64,000 bases of DNA from an uncultured Chloroflexia bacterium (GTDB lineage: Bacteria; Chloroflexota; Chloroflexia; Thermomicrobiales; UBA6265). The stretch covers positions 416,001 through 480,000 of the forward strand of contig CAVRUC010000007.1 of the NCBI GenBank assembly GCA_963724295.1. Direction: 5' to 3'. The translations under genes and the position numbers were made by a program. The notes under the pieces are model-generated. The model had not been told where the DNA came from. It did no database searches and was given only the letters and a program-made list of their open reading frames with translations. Positions 38,480-49,962 of the stretch are shown one piece after another (position 1 is the stretch's first letter; each line of letters starts with the position of its first letter).

Positions 38480-40266
38480 CGCTCGAGTCGGGAGCCGCCA
38501 ACCTCGATCTCGCATCCGCTCTCGTCGATCAGCTCGCCGCGAGTGGGGTGCACCACGCGGTGATCTGCCCCGGTTCGCGCTCGACCCCGATCGCGGTCGC
38601 GCTGGCATCCCATCCGGAAATTCGGACCTGGGTGCTGATCGACGAGCGAGCGGCGGCCTACTTTGCCCTCGGCATGGCGAGACAGCTCGGCGCTCCGGTG
38701 GCCATTCTCAGCACGTCAGGAACCGCCGCGGCGAATTTTCTTCCGGCAGTCGTGGAGGCGGACCTGAGTCGCATCCCGCTCCTCGTCCTGACCGCCGACC
38801 GACCGCCGGAGCTGCGCGACTGGGGCGCGGCGCAGACGATCGACCAGATCCAGCTCTTTGGCAGCCACGTCAAGTGGTTTGTCGACATGCCCGTTCCGGT
38901 TGCTGACGACGCCCTCCTCCGTCACGCGCGAGCGACGGCAGCCCGCGCCGTGCAGACCGCCCGCAGCGACCCGGCCGGCCCGATCCATCTCAATCTCCCG
39001 TTCCGCGAGCCGCTGCTTCCCGCGGACCTCCTGCCATCTCGTCCAACGCGGGCACTATCCGAGTCTGCACGCTACAACGGCCATGCTGCCCTGGGGAACC
39101 CAAGCCAACTGGTTCCCACAGCGGCGGCGCTCGACGAGATTGCGTCCCAGATTGCGCGAGAGCCGCGTGGGATCATCATCTGCGGGCCGGGTGAAGCGCC
39201 GGGTCTCGCCGCCGCGGCCGTCACTCTGAGCGAGGCCAGCGGCTATCCAATCCTGGCCGATCCCCTCAGCGGTGTGCGGTTCGGTCCACACGAGCGGCGA
39301 GGCGTCATCGACGCCTATGACCCCTTTCTCCGCGATCAGGAAACCGCGGAGTCGCTGCAACCCGATTTTGTGATTCGCGTCGGCGCCTTGCCGACCTCCA
39401 AGCCCCTGCAGCAATTCCTGCTAGCTCGCCCCAACAGAGTGCAGGTCGTTATCGACGCCGGCACACCGCGTGATCCGGCACATCTCGCGACGAGCTACAT
39501 CATTGCGGACGCCGCGATCACGCTTGCCAATCTTGCCGGCAGCGTTGCCAATCTTGGCGGATCGGCGGATCGAGGATGGCTCGACGCGTGGAAAGCCGTG
39601 GATCGAGCCACTGGTGCGGCGATCGAATCCGCACTGGCTTGCGAAGAAGCCCCCTTCGAAGGCCGCGCTGTCGCGGAAGTTGCGGCGCTTCTCCCTGAGG
39701 ACGCGACGCTCGTCGTCGGCAACAGCATGCCGATTCGCGACGTCGACGCCTTCGTCCGCGGCGACCGGCGCCGGCTGCGCATCGTGGGCAACCGCGGCGC
39801 GAACGGGATCGACGGCGTCGTCTCGACCGCACTCGGCGCCGCCGCCGTCGCGGATGGCCCGGTCGTTCTGATTGTCGGCGACCTTTCGTTTTTCCACGAT
39901 CTGAATGGCATGTTTGCGGCGGCAAAATTCGGCCTGCACGCCACCGTTGTCGTGCTCAACAACGACGGCGGCGGCATCTTCTCGTTTCTTCCGCAGGCCG
40001 AGCAGCTTGACACAACGACGTTTGAAGCCCTCTTCGGGACGCCCACTGGTCTCGATGTTGCCGCGGCAGCCCGACTCTTCGGGGCATCGCACGTTCGACC
40101 CGGAGCTTGGGACGCCTTCCGGCGCGAGCTCTGTCGCGCCATCCGCGGCCCGGGTCTGTCGGTTGTGGAGCTCGTAACCGATCGCAACCGCAACGTGGCG
40201 CAGCATCGGGCCGTATGGTCCGCTGTCGCCGAGAAGCTGCGGCGCTTCGCCCCGGTTGGTGTATGA
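38476..40266 (+). CDS. menD: SEPHCHC synthase
   Basis: CPGSRSTP, DERAA, TSGTAAAN, TADRP, NRGANGIDG, GDLSFFHD, NNDGGGIF. Confidence 0.96.
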   Translation: MTLESGAANLDLASALVDQLAASGVHHAVICPGSRSTPIAVALASHPEIRTWVLIDERAAAYFALGMARQLGAPVAILSTSGTAAANFLPAVVEADLSRIPLLVLTADRPPELRDWGAAQTIDQIQLFGSHVKWFVDMPVPVADDALLRHARATAARAVQTARSDPAGPIHLNLPFREPLLPADLLPSRPTRALSESARYNGHAALGNPSQLVPTAAALDEIASQIAREPRGIIICGPGEAPGLAAAAVTLSEASGYPILADPLSGVRFGPHERRGVIDAYDPFLRDQETAESLQPDFVIRVGALPTSKPLQQFLLARPNRVQVVIDAGTPRDPAHLATSYIIADAAITLANLAGSVANLGGSADRGWLDAWKAVDRATGAAIESALACEEAPFEGRAVAEVAALLPEDATLVVGNSMPIRDVDAFVRGDRRRLRIVGNRGANGIDGVVSTALGAAAVADGPVVLIVGDLSFFHDLNGMFAAAKFGLHATVVVLNNDGGGIFSFLPQAEQLDTTTFEALFGTPTGLDVAAAARLFGASHVRPGAWDAFRRELCRAIRGPGLSVVELVTDRNRNVAQHRAVWSAVAEKLRRFAPVGV

Positions 40267-40267
40267 G

Positions 40268-41125
40268 ATGAGCATCGTTCGAGTCAACGGTGTCGATTTC
40301 CATGTCGAGGATCGTGGCACCGGTACGCCGCTGGTGCTTTTGCACGGCTTCACGGGCAGCAGTGCGTCATGGTCGCCTGTGATCGACGACCTCGCCAAAA
40401 CCCACCGAATCGTCGCCATCGACATCATTGGTCACGGAGCGTCCGGTGCCCCCGAGGACCCTTCGCGTTACGTTTTCGAGCAGGCGTTGCGTGACCTGGC
40501 CGAGGTCACCGCTCAACTCGGCATCGCGCGAGCTGCCTGGCTCGGCTACTCGATGGGCGGCAGGCTGGCGCTTGGGATGGCCGTCGATCACCCGCAGAGA
40601 GTCTCGTCATTGATCCTGGTCAGCGCCATCGCCGGAATCCAGCATGAGGTAGAGCGACTCCAGCGCGCGGAGGCGGATCAGGAGCTGGCGAGGCGGGTTG
40701 AAGAAACCGGCATCGAGACGTTCGTCCAAGAGTGGGAACGGCTCCCGATCTGGGAGAGCCAGCGCACCCTACCGGCTGAGGTTCTCCAGTTCCAGCGCGA
40801 GATTCGACTTCGTAATCGCGCGGTTGGCCTGGCCAATAGTCTCCGCGGCATGGGTCAGAGTGCGCAGCCATCGTATTGGGACCGGCTGGACGAGATCGAC
40901 GTGCCGGTCCTGCTGATGGCCGGCGCTCTCGATCGCAAGTTCGTCGGAATTGCCGGGCAGATGGGCGTTCGCATCGCGGGAGCCCAGCTCTCGGTCGTCC
41001 CCGACGCCGGGCACGCCGTTCACCTGGAACGCCCCGGCGAGTTTCTCGAAGTTATCCGCGAGTTTCTCGCCCAGTGCGATCCTCCCGGAACCAGCCATAG
41101 CCAGGAGAGAGTCAATTGGACGTGA
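40268..41125 (+). CDS. menH: SHCHC synthase
   Basis: [21 protein letters not shown]; men operon context. Confidence 0.92.
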   Translation: MSIVRVNGVDFHVEDRGTGTPLVLLHGFTGSSASWSPVIDDLAKTHRIVAIDIIGHGASGAPEDPSRYVFEQALRDLAEVTAQLGIARAAWLGYSMGGRLALGMAVDHPQRVSSLILVSAIAGIQHEVERLQRAEADQELARRVEETGIETFVQEWERLPIWESQRTLPAEVLQFQREIRLRNRAVGLANSLRGMGQSAQPSYWDRLDEIDVPVLLMAGALDRKFVGIAGQMGVRIAGAQLSVVPDAGHAVHLERPGEFLEVIREFLAQCDPPGTSHSQERVNWT

Positions 41126-41937
41126 ATTGGCAGCGGATAGGGAGCTACGAGGACATCATCTTCGAGAAGAGCGATGACGGCATCGCGCGGGTGACGATCA
41201 ATCGCCCGGAGGTGCGCAACGCGTTTCGTCCGCTGACCGTCACCGAGATGATCGACGCGTTCGCCGACGCCCGCGAAGATCTCGACATCGGCGTGGTGAT
41301 TCTCACCGGCGCCGGGACCCAGGCATTCTGCTCAGGGGGGGATCAGAAGGTCCGTGGTGAAGCCGGCTACGTGGGTGCGGACAAGGTCCCGCGGCTGAAT
41401 GTCCTCGACCTGCAGCACCTCATTCGCTACATCCCCAAGCCGGTGATCGCCGCCGTCGCCGGGTATGCGATCGGTGGCGGTCACGTCCTCCATCTCGTCT
41501 GCGACTTGACGATCGCGGCCGAGAACGCCCGTTTCGGCCAGACCGGGCCGCGCGTCGGCAGTTTCGACGCGGGATATGGCGCCGGCCTCCTGGCGCGGAC
41601 CGTCGGGCAAAAGAAAGCCAAGGAAATCTGGTACCTCTGCCGCCAATATGACGCCCAGGAAGCGCTGGCCATGGGTCTCGTCAACACCGTCGTGCCGGTC
41701 GAAAGCCTGCAAGAGGAAGCGGTAACGTGGGCGCGGGAAATCCTGTCCCACAGTCCGACCGCGATCCGTTTCCTGAAGGCCGCGTTCAATGCCGATACGG
41801 ACGGACTCGCCGGGATCCAGCAGCTTGCCGGAGATGCGACTCGCCTCTTCTACATGACCGACGAGGGCAGCGAGGGCAAGAACGCCTTTCTCGAAAAGCG
41901 AAAGCCTGATTTCTCCAAGTACCCGCGGCTGCCGTAG
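41116..41937 (+). CDS. menB: 1,4-dihydroxy-2-naphthoyl-CoA synthase
   Basis: [27 protein letters not shown]. Confidence 0.97.
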   Translation: MDVNWQRIGSYEDIIFEKSDDGIARVTINRPEVRNAFRPLTVTEMIDAFADAREDLDIGVVILTGAGTQAFCSGGDQKVRGEAGYVGADKVPRLNVLDLQHLIRYIPKPVIAAVAGYAIGGGHVLHLVCDLTIAAENARFGQTGPRVGSFDAGYGAGLLARTVGQKKAKEIWYLCRQYDAQEALAMGLVNTVVPVESLQEEAVTWAREILSHSPTAIRFLKAAFNADTDGLAGIQQLAGDATRLFYMTDEGSEGKNAFLEKRKPDFSKYPRLP

Positions 41938-41960
41938 CCCCCGAAAGTCGTGGCAATCGG

Positions 41961-43477
41961 ATGACCGCGTCGCCAGGGCCCCAGATCCCCAATTGGCTCG
42001 AGATGGCGGCGCGCTCCCACCCCGAGAAGCTGGCGCTGGCGTTTGCCGGGCAGCGCTGGACGTTTTCCGATCTACGAGCCTCGGTCGTCGCCGCAGCGGC
42101 GGTGCTCTCCACCGCTCGAGCCGAAAGCGCGGGCCGCATCGGCATCCTGTCCGCCAATCGACCGGGGGTCGTGTTTACGGTTCACGCCGCGACGCGCATG
42201 GCCGTTCCGTTCGTCCCGCTGAACTGGCGACAGACCGCGGTCGAGCTCGCGTGGCAGTTGCGAGATGCCGATATCACCGTTCTGGTCGTCGACGAGGAAC
42301 GAGCGACGGTCGCGAGGACCGCATGCGCCGGCTTGCCTGTCACGATCGTGTCCATCGCGGAGATGGAGCTCGCGGCCGCGCCAGGCGAGGGTTCGAACGA
42401 GCTACCCCGGATCGTTCTCGATCAGGAAGCGGCAGTCATCTACACCTCGGGGACCAGCGGCCGGCCGAAAGGGGCTCGCCTTACCTATGGCAACCTCTGG
42501 TTCGGCGCGATGGCCTCCGCTCTGCACCTCGGTCATCACCCGCGGGATGTCTGGCTGGCGGCCATGCCCCTGTTCCACGTCGGCGGGCTGGCCATCCTCT
42601 TCCGCGGGGTCATCGGCGCGATTCCGGTGATCCTCCACGAGCGTTTCGATCCAGAAAGCGCGCTGGTTGCGATCGACGAGGGCGTGACGCTCCTGTCGGT
42701 CGTCCCGGCCATGCTCCAGCGCATGCTCGAAGCTCGCGGCGAAGCACCCTGGCCAGCGACCCTGCGCTGCGTCTTGCTCGGAGGAAGCGCTGCGCCGCCG
42801 CGACTCGTCGCGGAGAGCGTTCGACGCGGTATTCCGATCGCTCCAACGTACGGACTGACCGAGGGAACGTCACAGGTGACGACGTTGCTTCCCGGGGAGG
42901 TGTCTCGCAAGCCAGCTTCCTCCGGCATGCCGCTGCCACTTAGCGAGGTCCGAATCGCCACGCAGGCAGGAGTCGCGCCTCCCGATGAGGTCGGCGAGAT
43001 CGAAATCCGGGGACCAATCGTCTTTGCTGGATACCTCAGTGACCATTCGCCGGGACCGAGTGATCTCCCCGACGGCTGGTTTCGCACCGGGGACGCGGGC
43101 TACCTCGACAGCGATGGGTATCTCTATGTCGTCGACCGCCGGGACGATTTGATCGTCTCTGGCGGCGAAAACGTCTACCCTGCGGAGATCGAGCGGGTGC
43201 TTCGGCAGCACCCAGCAGTGCTCGACGCCGGAGTGATCGGCGTTCCTGATGCTCGTGGGGGAGCCGCCCGGTGGCCACGGTCGTCTGGCGCGGCGACCTC
43301 GATCGAGCTAACGACGAACTCCTCGACCACTGCCGGCAGCGCCTGCCGAAGTACAAGATTCCGGATCGGTTCCTGTTCCTGTCGGAGCTCCCGAGGTCAC
43401 CCTCCGGGAAGCTCCTTCGCCGCGCCCTGCGCGAGACGATTGCCAAATCGCCGCGGGGAACGGCTGAGGAAACCTGA
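41961..43477 (+). CDS. menE: o-succinylbenzoate-CoA ligase; frame break near 43255
   Basis: YTSGTSGRPKG, TYGLTE, TGD, SGGENVYP; the C-terminal LPKYKIP...SGK lies in another frame (43271-43477). Confidence 0.9.
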
Positions 43478-43482
43478 TCAGT

Positions 43483-44841
43483 TCAATCCTGGACAGCCGT
43501 GAGATCCGCTGCCACGGCGGTCAGGCTTTCGTCCAGGATACGCACCATCTCATCGACCTGGTCTCGATTGACGATCAGCGGCGGCGCGTACAGCAGATGG
43601 TCGCCCGCCACGCCGTCGACCGTCCCCGCGCCTGGATACGAGACCATGCCGCGCGCCAGCGTGGCGCTACCGACTCGCGTCGAGACTCGCCATGCTGGCG
43701 GAAAGGGCGCTTTCGTCGCTCGGTCCCGGACGAGCTCCACGCCAAGCAGGAGTCCCAGCCCCCGCACGTCGCCAATGATCTCGTGCCGACCGGCAAGCGC
43801 GCTCAGCTGCTCCTTGAAGTACTGACCGACGGCCGCCGCGTTCTCGATCAGCCCATGCTCGAGGATGTAGCGGAGCACCGCGACGCCGACGGCACACGAC
43901 GTCGGGTTGCCGGACGCGGTATGCCCGATGACGAAGGAGCCACTGCGGGAACGCACCTCGCCTACGAACTCGGGTTTGGCGAGCACAGCCCCCAGCGGCG
44001 CATAGCCACCGCTGATCCCCTTGGCGCAGACGATCAGATCGGGAATCACACCCCAGTGATCGAGCCCCCAGCGGCGGCCGGTGCGCCCAAACCCGGTCAT
44101 CACCTCGTCGGCGATGAAGAGGACCCCGTAGCGGTCACAGATCTCGCGGATGCGCTGGAAATACCCCGGTGTGGCGGGAACCGCGCCGAGGGTGGCACCC
44201 ACGACCGGCTCGGCGATGAACGCGGCGACATTGTCCGCGCCGACCTGGCGAATGGTGAACTCGAGCTCATCGGCACAGGAGAGATCGCACGAGGGGCAGG
44301 CTCCGTTCGCGCGGCAGCGATAGGGGTTGCAAGGCGAGATGTGCTCGGCTGGCGGCAGGACCGCCGCGAACGGCCGGCGGCGGGCCGCGTTGCCGCCGAA
44401 CCCAAGCGCGGCGATTGTTGCGCCGTGGAACGACGAGCGCCGCCCTATCACCAGGTGGCGAGACCCATCTCCGCGTTCGCGGTGGTACTGGATCGCCATT
44501 TTCACCGCGTTATCGGTCGCCTCGGAGCCGCCGGACACGAACCAGACCTTGCCGAACCCTGCGGGGGCGAACTCCTCGATGATGATGCGAGCGCAGCTCT
44601 CGACGGCGTCGGTCGTGAAGGCGTGTGTCGGTGCGTAGGCAAGCCGCGCGGCCTGCTCGGCGAGGGCGTTGACCACCTCCGGCACGCCGTGACCGATCGC
44701 GGTTACCGCGGCCGACCCGCCACTGGCATCGATGTAGCGATTCCCTTCGGCGTCGTAGAGATAGATCCCCTCGCCGCGCACCAGGGTTGGGTAGGTGCGA
44801 TTCAGGTCGCGATGAATGACGCGCGTGCGTTCAGGATCCAT
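43483..44841 (-). CDS. Class III PLP aminotransferase
   Basis: GGSEA, FHGAT, ADEVMTGFGRTG, AKGISGGY. Confidence 0.92.
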   Translation of the reverse strand: MDPERTRVIHRDLNRTYPTLVRGEGIYLYDAEGNRYIDASGGSAAVTAIGHGVPEVVNALAEQAARLAYAPTHAFTTDAVESCARIIIEEFAPAGFGKVWFVSGGSEATDNAVKMAIQYHRERGDGSRHLVIGRRSSFHGATIAALGFGGNAARRRPFAAVLPPAEHISPCNPYRCRANGACPSCDLSCADELEFTIRQVGADNVAAFIAEPVVGATLGAVPATPGYFQRIREICDRYGVLFIADEVMTGFGRTGRRWGLDHWGVIPDLIVCAKGISGGYAPLGAVLAKPEFVGEVRSRSGSFVIGHTASGNPTSCAVGVAVLRYILEHGLIENAAAVGQYFKEQLSALAGRHEIIGDVRGLGLLLGVELVRDRATKAPFPPAWRVSTRVGSATLARGMVSYPGAGTVDGVAGDHLLYAPPLIVNRDQVDEMVRILDESLTAVAADLTAVQD

Positions 44842-44853
44842 GAGTCGCCACCC

Positions 44854-45420
44854 TCAAACATCGTCGACGAACAGCGTCATCACCTTGCCCGGTCCCTGCA
44901 CGCCGACGGTGAGCACCCGCTCGATATCCGCCGTGCGGCTGGGTCCGGTGACCAGCGTCGAAAACGCGCCCCCTTGGGCCAGGGAGAGCTCTCGGATCAC
45001 GGGGGCTGCGTCCTCGAGAGTTGCGACGAGCGCGGCCGTGGGACAGATCGTGGCGTGGGCCAGAGTCAGCATGCCGATCGCTCGCTCTTCGAGCGTCGGC
45101 TCGGACAGGAGCACAGAGCCGGTCTCCGCTATAGCGAGACGCCCCATGCTGAGACCGAGTGGAGAATCCCGCGTTTCAGCTGGCGTTGCGGGTGGCAGGA
45201 CACGCAATCCCGTGGCAGCCAGCGCCGTCCCGACGTGCGGCATTCGCTGCGTCACTTCGGAAGCGACGATGACACAGTCTGTCTCCAGCGCTCGCGCCCA
45301 TTCGGCGACCGCCTGTGCCGCGGCCGCGGCCGATGCAACGCGGAGAACCATGACTCCGAGCGGCTCAGCCTTCTCGCGAAACTCGTCGAGTAGCGGCTGG
45401 ACCTCGTCCTCGACGATCAC
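44854..45420 (-). CDS. LUD (LutC/YkgG) domain protein
   Basis: IAETGS, TGPSRTADIE, GVQGP. Confidence 0.88.
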   Translation of the reverse strand: MIVEDEVQPLLDEFREKAEPLGVMVLRVASAAAAAQAVAEWARALETDCVIVASEVTQRMPHVGTALAATGLRVLPPATPAETRDSPLGLSMGRLAIAETGSVLLSEPTLEERAIGMLTLAHATICPTAALVATLEDAAPVIRELSLAQGGAFSTLVTGPSRTADIERVLTVGVQGPGKVMTLFVDDV

Positions 45421-45438
45421 GTGCCCGTCCGCCGCCGG

Positions 45439-47047
45439 CTAGAGCATCGCCCCGATGATCCACGGGTTGTACTCTTCCTCGCCGACCCCCGCCAGCTCGC
45501 TCTTGGTGCGTTCGCCCGACGCGACGGCGAGGATCTTGTCGAAGATCTCTTGCCCCAGCTCATCGAGGCTGATGCCGTCGAGGACCTTCCCCGCGTTGAT
45601 GTCCATATCGGGTTCCTGGTTGGCGTAAAGGGTCGAGTTGGTCGCGATCTTGACCGAAGGCGCGGGCTTGAACCCGAACGCCGATCCCCGACCGGTGGTG
45701 AACACGACGATATTGCAACCACCGGCGACCTGCCCTGTCACGGAGACCGGGTCATAGCCAGGTGTATCCATATGGACAAAGCCGCGCTCGGTGACACGCT
45801 CGCCATAGCCGGCGACCTGGTTCAGTGGCGTGCTCCCGGCTTTGGCGATAGCACCCAACGACTTCTCGAAGATCGTCGTCAGCCCGCCCAACTTGTTCCC
45901 CGGGGCCGGGTTGTTGTCAATCGAGGCGCCGAAGAGCGCGGTGTAGTTTTCCCACCAGTGGATACGGTCGATGAGGTCCTGAGCCACTTCGCGCGTTCTT
46001 GGCCCGTCGCGTCAGCAGATGCTCGCCACCGTAGACCTCGGTCGTCTCGCCCAGCACAACCGTGCCGCCCTGGCGAACGACTTCATCGGCGGCGCGACCC
46101 AGACCCGGGTTCGCGGTGACCCCGGACCAGCCATCCGACCCCCCGCACTGCAAAGCGACGACAAGTTCCGAGGCCGGAATCGGCTCCCGCTGAACCTGGT
46201 TCGCCACCGGCAGGATCTGCTTGACGGCGGCGATTCCGGCCTCGACGGTCTTGGCAAAGCCGCCGTCTTGCTGGATCGTGAGCACCGTTGGTTGATGGCC
46301 GTTGCCGAGACCGGTCGACTCGATGAGATCAGTCGGCTGATTGACTTCACAGCCGAGGCTGAGGATGACGTAACCGCCGACATTGGGGTGGTCGACGATA
46401 CCGGCCATCGTCCGCTGCAACACTCCCAGGTCTGACGACCCGTAGTGCGCCCCGCAGCCGCCCTTGGTGCCGAGGGGGATCACACCGTCGACGTTGGGGT
46501 ACGCCTTCATCACTTCCGGGTCTCGGAAGTAGTCGGCCACCTGCCGCGTCGCTGACGACGAGCAGTTCACCGAGGCCAGGATGGCGACGTAATTTCTCGT
46601 CCCGACGCGCCCGTCCTTGCGCCGGTATCCCATGAAGGTGCGGCGCTCGCTCTCGGGTACGTACTCCACGGGCCGGTATTCGGAGCCCGGCGCATAGTCG
46701 AGATCGAGTCCCTCGCCAACAGAAAGGTTGTGGCTGTGCACGTGGTCGCCGGGGGCAATGTCCGTCGTGGCAAATCCGATGATCTGCCCGTACCGCCGAA
46801 CCTCTCCCCCCTGCGCCACCTCCCGCAAGGCGATCTTGTGCCCGGGCGGGATCATCTGGGAAACGCGAACCTCGCCGTCCGCCGTGCGCAGTACGGTTCG
46901 TGGCAACAAAGGTTGCTTGGCGATGGCCACCGCGTCGTGGGGGTCGAGGAGTACCGCGACCTCGGCCAGATCGACCGGGCCAGCCGGCGCCCGCCCCAGC
47001 AGTGTCACGCCTTGACCCTGGGCTCGGGGCGGTTGTGTCGTCGACAT
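45439..47047 (-). CDS. UxaA/GarD-family dehydratase with SAF domain; frame break near 45995
   Basis: GHKIA, VHSHN, GRVGTRN, LGCE, QCGGSD, GN..GGLTTI.EKSLG, FTTGRG. Confidence 0.88.
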
Positions 47048-47200
47048 TGTGAAATCCTTCCAGAGAGCTCCGGCGCGATCGGCGCCTCGAGAATCGAAAC
47101 ATTGTCTATGTACGCGTAAGTCTGCACTAGATCGAGCTCTGGTGACAGCACGCGTCCTCGGGAATGCGATCAGCAGACGACTCGCAGGTCGGTACCTGAC

Positions 47201-47869
47201 TCAGAGGACGCGATACCTGGACCAGACCTCTGACAGGAGGTGTCCCCGGCGCAAGTCTTCGCGCGCTCCGTCCTCCTTGGCCACCTTTTCGAACGCCCGC
47301 GACATCGTCTCTTCGGCCACGTCCTGAGGAATGATGACCACCCCATCGACTTCGGCGAAGACCACGTCGCCTGGGTGGACAACGACTCCGGAAACCTCAA
47401 CCGGCCGCCCGATGCTGATCACGGTGCCACGCCCGGAGATGTCGACGGGCCGCGGTCCCCGCGAGAATACGGGGAAGCCCAGGTCGAGCACCATGCGCGT
47501 ATCGCGGTGACAGCCGTCGGTCAAGAATCCGCGTGCTCCCCGGGCTTTGGCGGCGTTCGAGAAAAGCTCGCCCCAGACCGCGACATTCGTCATCCCGCCG
47601 ACGCCGCTGACCACGACGTCACCCGGCTGCAGAGCGTCGATCGCGGCGATTTGATTCGTGTATGGCTGGTCGACGACTTCGTACTGAGGTCCGACCAGCA
47701 CGGTCGCCGCGCGGCCGACGAGAACCTGGCTGGGATCCGGGTGCGCCGGAACCACTCCCGGCTGGAGTACCTGATTGCGAAAACCCAAGCTGTCGAGAAT
47801 GTCGGAGATGACGGCCACGTAGAGCGTCTCGGCCATAATGTCGAACACTGAGTCGTCCAGCGCCGCCAA
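47201..47869 (-). CDS. RraA-like / HMG aldolase family protein
   Basis: ISDILD, WGEL, DGCHRD, PGDVVFAEVDGVV; GGAGG before TTG 47869. Confidence 0.88.
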   Translation of the reverse strand: MAALDDSVFDIMAETLYVAVISDILDSLGFRNQVLQPGVVPAHPDPSQVLVGRAATVLVGPQYEVVDQPYTNQIAAIDALQPGDVVVSGVGGMTNVAVWGELFSNAAKARGARGFLTDGCHRDTRMVLDLGFPVFSRGPRPVDISGRGTVISIGRPVEVSGVVVHPGDVVFAEVDGVVIIPQDVAEETMSRAFEKVAKEDGAREDLRRGHLLSEVWSRYRVL

Positions 47870-47919
47870 CGATTTCCTCCGATCGATAGATCGATAGTCC
47901 CTGTATCGCCAGCGAACCG

Positions 47920-48306
47920 CTAGCCGGATACCACGATGATATTGGCGTACGGGACCGTATCTCCGGTGCGGACCGTCGCCCGGGCGTCCTGCGCCAGTCG
48001 CTTGAGCTGCCCGTGGCTCACTCGTTCGAATGGCACCTCTCCCAGCAAGGCTCGCATTTCGGCGACCCGGTCCGGGCTGATCGCGTCCATCTCGTGCGTG
48101 ATCAGCACGCGGTCGAGTGACCACTCGGCGATCACGGCCGCCAGCACATCCAGTACGGTGGGGATATCGTCCACGAGCGCGAGATCGATCCGCTCCGGCC
48201 CCTCAGGGACCGGGAATCCGCGATCGCAAACGGTGAAATAGTCCGTGTGGCCTGTACTCGCCAGGAGGTGACTCAGTGCGGGGTTGAGGACGCCGCCTCG
48301 CTTCAT
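47920..48306 (-). CDS. RbsD/FucU family pyranase/mutarotase
   Basis: LN..LS, GHTD, D.GFPVP, IDLAL, RTGDTVPYANII. Confidence 0.9.
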   Translation of the reverse strand: MKRGGVLNPALSHLLASTGHTDYFTVCDRGFPVPEGPERIDLALVDDIPTVLDVLAAVIAEWSLDRVLITHEMDAISPDRVAEMRALLGEVPFERVSHGQLKRLAQDARATVRTGDTVPYANIIVVSG

Positions 48307-48575
48307 GTCGAGTCTCGCCGCGGCGAACGCTCAGGATCGAGTCCGCGCGACAGGTAGTAGCGATTTCGTTGCTCGGACGTGACGCGCGCGCTGAGACTCT
48401 GCGCGGGTCGCTTGAGGTAGAGCAGGTGCTCGCCAGGGTCGCCGCCGATTGCCACGAGCTCCCAACCCTCCGCTCCCAGCTGCGGTAAGCGGGACCGCTC
48501 GGTTTCGGGAACCGTGAGGTACTCCCAGCTGGTCGTCGGCGCGGCTCTCGCCATCATGCTCTCCCTTTCAGGCAC
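48303..48575 (-). CDS. Small hypothetical protein (DUF4177-like)
   Basis: WEY...LGAEGWELV...YLKRP. Confidence 0.65.
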   Translation of the reverse strand: MPERESMMARAAPTTSWEYLTVPETERSRLPQLGAEGWELVAIGGDPGEHLLYLKRPAQSLSARVTSEQRNRYYLSRGLDPERSPRRDST

Positions 48576-48690
48576 CGGGCGGCGCAGGTGCGATGAAATG
48601 TGGTTCCTCCATTATGCTTGCATCTCAATCCTGTCGCGCGGGCGGCCTCGATCGAAATCGTGGATGTGGCATGAAGTCGAAGGTGGTGAG

Positions 48691-49863
48691 ATGAGACTCG
48701 CGACCCGAATGCAGCGCCTCGGCACAGAAACGGCGTTCGAAGTCCTGGTCCGCGCGCGGGCGCTGGAAGCGCAGGGCCGGGATGTCATCCACCTGGAGAT
48801 CGGCGAACCCGATTTCGACACACCCGCCAACGTCAGCGAGGCCGGGGTTGCCGCCATCCGCGAGGGTTGGACCCACTATGGTCCCGCGTCGGGGCAACCC
48901 GATCTGCGGCAGACGATTGCCGACTACATCAACCGCTCGCGAGGGACATCGTACGGTCCGGCAAATGTCGTCGTGACGCCGGGCGGCAAGCCGATCATGT
49001 TCTTTCTGATCCTGGCGCTGCTGGAGGAAGGCGACGACGCCATCTTCCCCGATCCGGGATTTCCGATCTACCGCAGCATGATCGACTTCGTCGGCGCGCG
49101 AGCCATCCCGCTGCCGATCCGGGAGGAGCATGACTTTCGGCTCGACGTCAACGAGCTGGCGACACTCATCACGCCGCGAACGAAATTCCTGATCATCAAC
49201 AGCCCGGCGAATCCGACCGGCGGCGTCCTCACCTACGCGGACCTGGAAGCGATTGCCGGGCTCGCCGTGGAGCACGATCTGTTCGTCCTCGCCGACGAGA
49301 TCTACTCGGAGATGATCTACGACGGCGACCATCACTCGATTGCGACGTTCCCTGGACTGCCGGAGCGCACGGCGATTCTCGATGGCTTTTCCAAGACGTA
49401 TGCGATGACCGGCTGGCGGCTGGGCTACGGGGTCATGCCCGAGGATCTTGCCGAGCAGGTCAGCCGTCTCATGGTCAACAGCGTCTCTTGCACGGCTTCT
49501 CTCGTGCAGCGCGCCGGCATCGAGGCGCTAACGGGACCGCAGGATACGGTCCGCGACATGGTGAGCGCGTTTCAGCGGCGCCGGGACCTGATGGTCGAAG
49601 GTCTGAACAGCATCCCCGGTATCTCCTGCCGGGAGCCGGCCGGAGCGTTCTACGTCTTTCCCAACATCACGGGCACCGGTATGCCGAGCAAGGAGTTTGC
49701 CGACCGGCTCCTCGACGAGTTCGGCGTCGCCGCGCTCTCGGGGACCTCATTCGGCCAGCACGGCGAGGGCTACCTGCGCCTCTCGTACGCCAATTCGGAA
49801 GAGAACCTGGCAAAGGCGCTGGACCGCATCGACGCCGCGGCCAGGCAGACGGTCGCCGTTTGA
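48691..49863 (+). CDS. Class I PLP aminotransferase (aspartate aminotransferase type)
   Basis: IGEPDF, NSPANPTG, DEIY, GFSKTYAMTGWRLG. Confidence 0.93.
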   Translation: MRLATRMQRLGTETAFEVLVRARALEAQGRDVIHLEIGEPDFDTPANVSEAGVAAIREGWTHYGPASGQPDLRQTIADYINRSRGTSYGPANVVVTPGGKPIMFFLILALLEEGDDAIFPDPGFPIYRSMIDFVGARAIPLPIREEHDFRLDVNELATLITPRTKFLIINSPANPTGGVLTYADLEAIAGLAVEHDLFVLADEIYSEMIYDGDHHSIATFPGLPERTAILDGFSKTYAMTGWRLGYGVMPEDLAEQVSRLMVNSVSCTASLVQRAGIEALTGPQDTVRDMVSAFQRRRDLMVEGLNSIPGISCREPAGAFYVFPNITGTGMPSKEFADRLLDEFGVAALSGTSFGQHGEGYLRLSYANSEENLAKALDRIDAAARQTVAV

Positions 49864-49877
49864 CAGGTCAGCGTCCT

Positions 49878-49913
49878 GCCGAGGTCTCGTTCGACTGCTA
49901 CGAGACGCTCGGC
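49878..49913. terminator. Hairpin downstream of the aminotransferase
   Basis: gccgaggtctcgt / acgagacgctcggc inverted repeat; no U tract. Confidence 0.45.
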
Positions 49914-49962
49914 GCCTGTACGTGGAGGTCGCTCGTAACCTAAGTCCAATCAGGCGGCAGGA

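Noticed and set aside
43597..45393. Long opposite-strand ORFs (also 15744-17216, 33379-34764, 2440-3522)
   Set aside because: Antisense shadows of well-supported genes, expected at high GC.
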